Assembly (NCBI GenBank): GCA_049523315.1
Contig: JBEKMZ010000014.1
Location: 3,763 to 67,762 of the forward strand
Direction of reading: 5' to 3'
Length of the DNA stretch: 64,000 nt
From: Acidimicrobiales bacterium
Lineage (GTDB): Bacteria; Actinomycetota; Acidimicrobiia; Acidimicrobiales; Bog-793
Shown: positions 63,788 to 64,000 of the stretch, one piece after another
How positions within the stretch are numbered: the stretch's first letter is position 1
Layout of the letters: each line of letters opens with the position of its first letter
Program-made: the position numbers and the translations under genes
The notes under the pieces: generated by a model
What the model saw: only the letters and a program-made list of their open reading frames with translations
Database searches by the model: none
What the model was told of the DNA's origin: nothing

Positions 63788-64000
63788 TCATTGCTCGGGC
63801 AGCTCCCGGGCAGGCCGCGTCGAGAAGGCGAGCTGCCAGTCGTCGTCGCTCTCGCCGTCGATGGTGAGCCGCCAGTTGAAGCGAGTGTCGTCGGTAAGCG
63901 GGAGCGGGCTGAAGTTGACCGCGAGGGCGACGTCAACCGGGCTTCCTTCCGGTACGCCTTCGGGGCGACCCACCTCGAAGTCGCCTCTGACCTCGATCGG
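63788..64000 (-). CDS. hypothetical protein, 3' part only (runs off the window)
   Basis: The frame is open to the window edge: ...IEVRGDFEVGRPEGVPEGSPVDVALAVNFSPLPLTDDTRFNWRLTIDGESDDDWQLAFSTRPARELPEQ-stop. No domain recognised. Confidence 0.35.
   Translation of the reverse strand, partial: PIEVRGDFEVGRPEGVPEGSPVDVALAVNFSPLPLTDDTRFNWRLTIDGESDDDWQLAFSTRPARELPEQ

Overview
The window is a very GC-rich chromosomal segment. Gene content and order look like Actinomycetota, possibly Acidimicrobiia-like, but the taxon is inference only. It is densely packed with about 67 protein-coding genes, mostly housekeeping. I found no rRNA, tRNA, CRISPR array, transposase, integrase or phage gene.

The backbone is a long run of co-directional minus-strand genes from 30.9 to 49.8 kb: DUF2469, rplS, trmD, rimM, a KH protein, rpsP, ffh, ftsY, smc, mutM, rnc, acpP, plsX, rpmF, yceD, coaD, rsmD, recG and a DAK2 protein. 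Many junctions in this run have 1-4 nt stop/start overlaps. Other recognisable genes are metG, rsmI, pepN, dxs, ald, pckG, thiL, rpmB and a sufB-X-sufD-Rieske-sufC operon.

Many long ORFs in the supplied track are antisense or alternate-frame artefacts of the high GC content. Several real genes are over-extended at the 5' end, so I trimmed them to starts supported by overlap logic or N-terminal family conservation.

The most interesting content, in my order of priority:
1. A three-part candidate Mg2+ module at 12.9-16.2 kb. It consists of a soluble MgtE-type sensor with no pore (PRC-like region, MgtE_N and a CBS pair), a long structured leader with partial M-box-like motifs, and an NRAMP-family transporter carrying the NRMT (Mg2+-type) substitutions DAGG and T-x-x-A.
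2. An operon at 53.0-55.2 kb encoding a small protein with a Tat signal peptide, a signal-less DUF4331 protein and a His-rich protein.
3. A MurD paralogue translationally coupled to a PP-loop-like protein at 23.5-26.3 kb, a candidate MurD2/MurL route for incorporating D-Glu.
4. A translationally coupled GT4, methyltransferase and prenyltransferase-fold cassette at 9.0-12.7 kb.
5. A 4-Cys ORF inserted between sufB and sufD.
6. An rnc gene with no canonical start codon upstream of its catalytic motif.
7. An unlisted 27-codon bL37-like ORF.
8. Indel-type disruptions: a decayed ABC-2 permease and a likely frameshift in the His-rich gene.

All functional calls come from reading the translations and from family knowledge. 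No database search was run.
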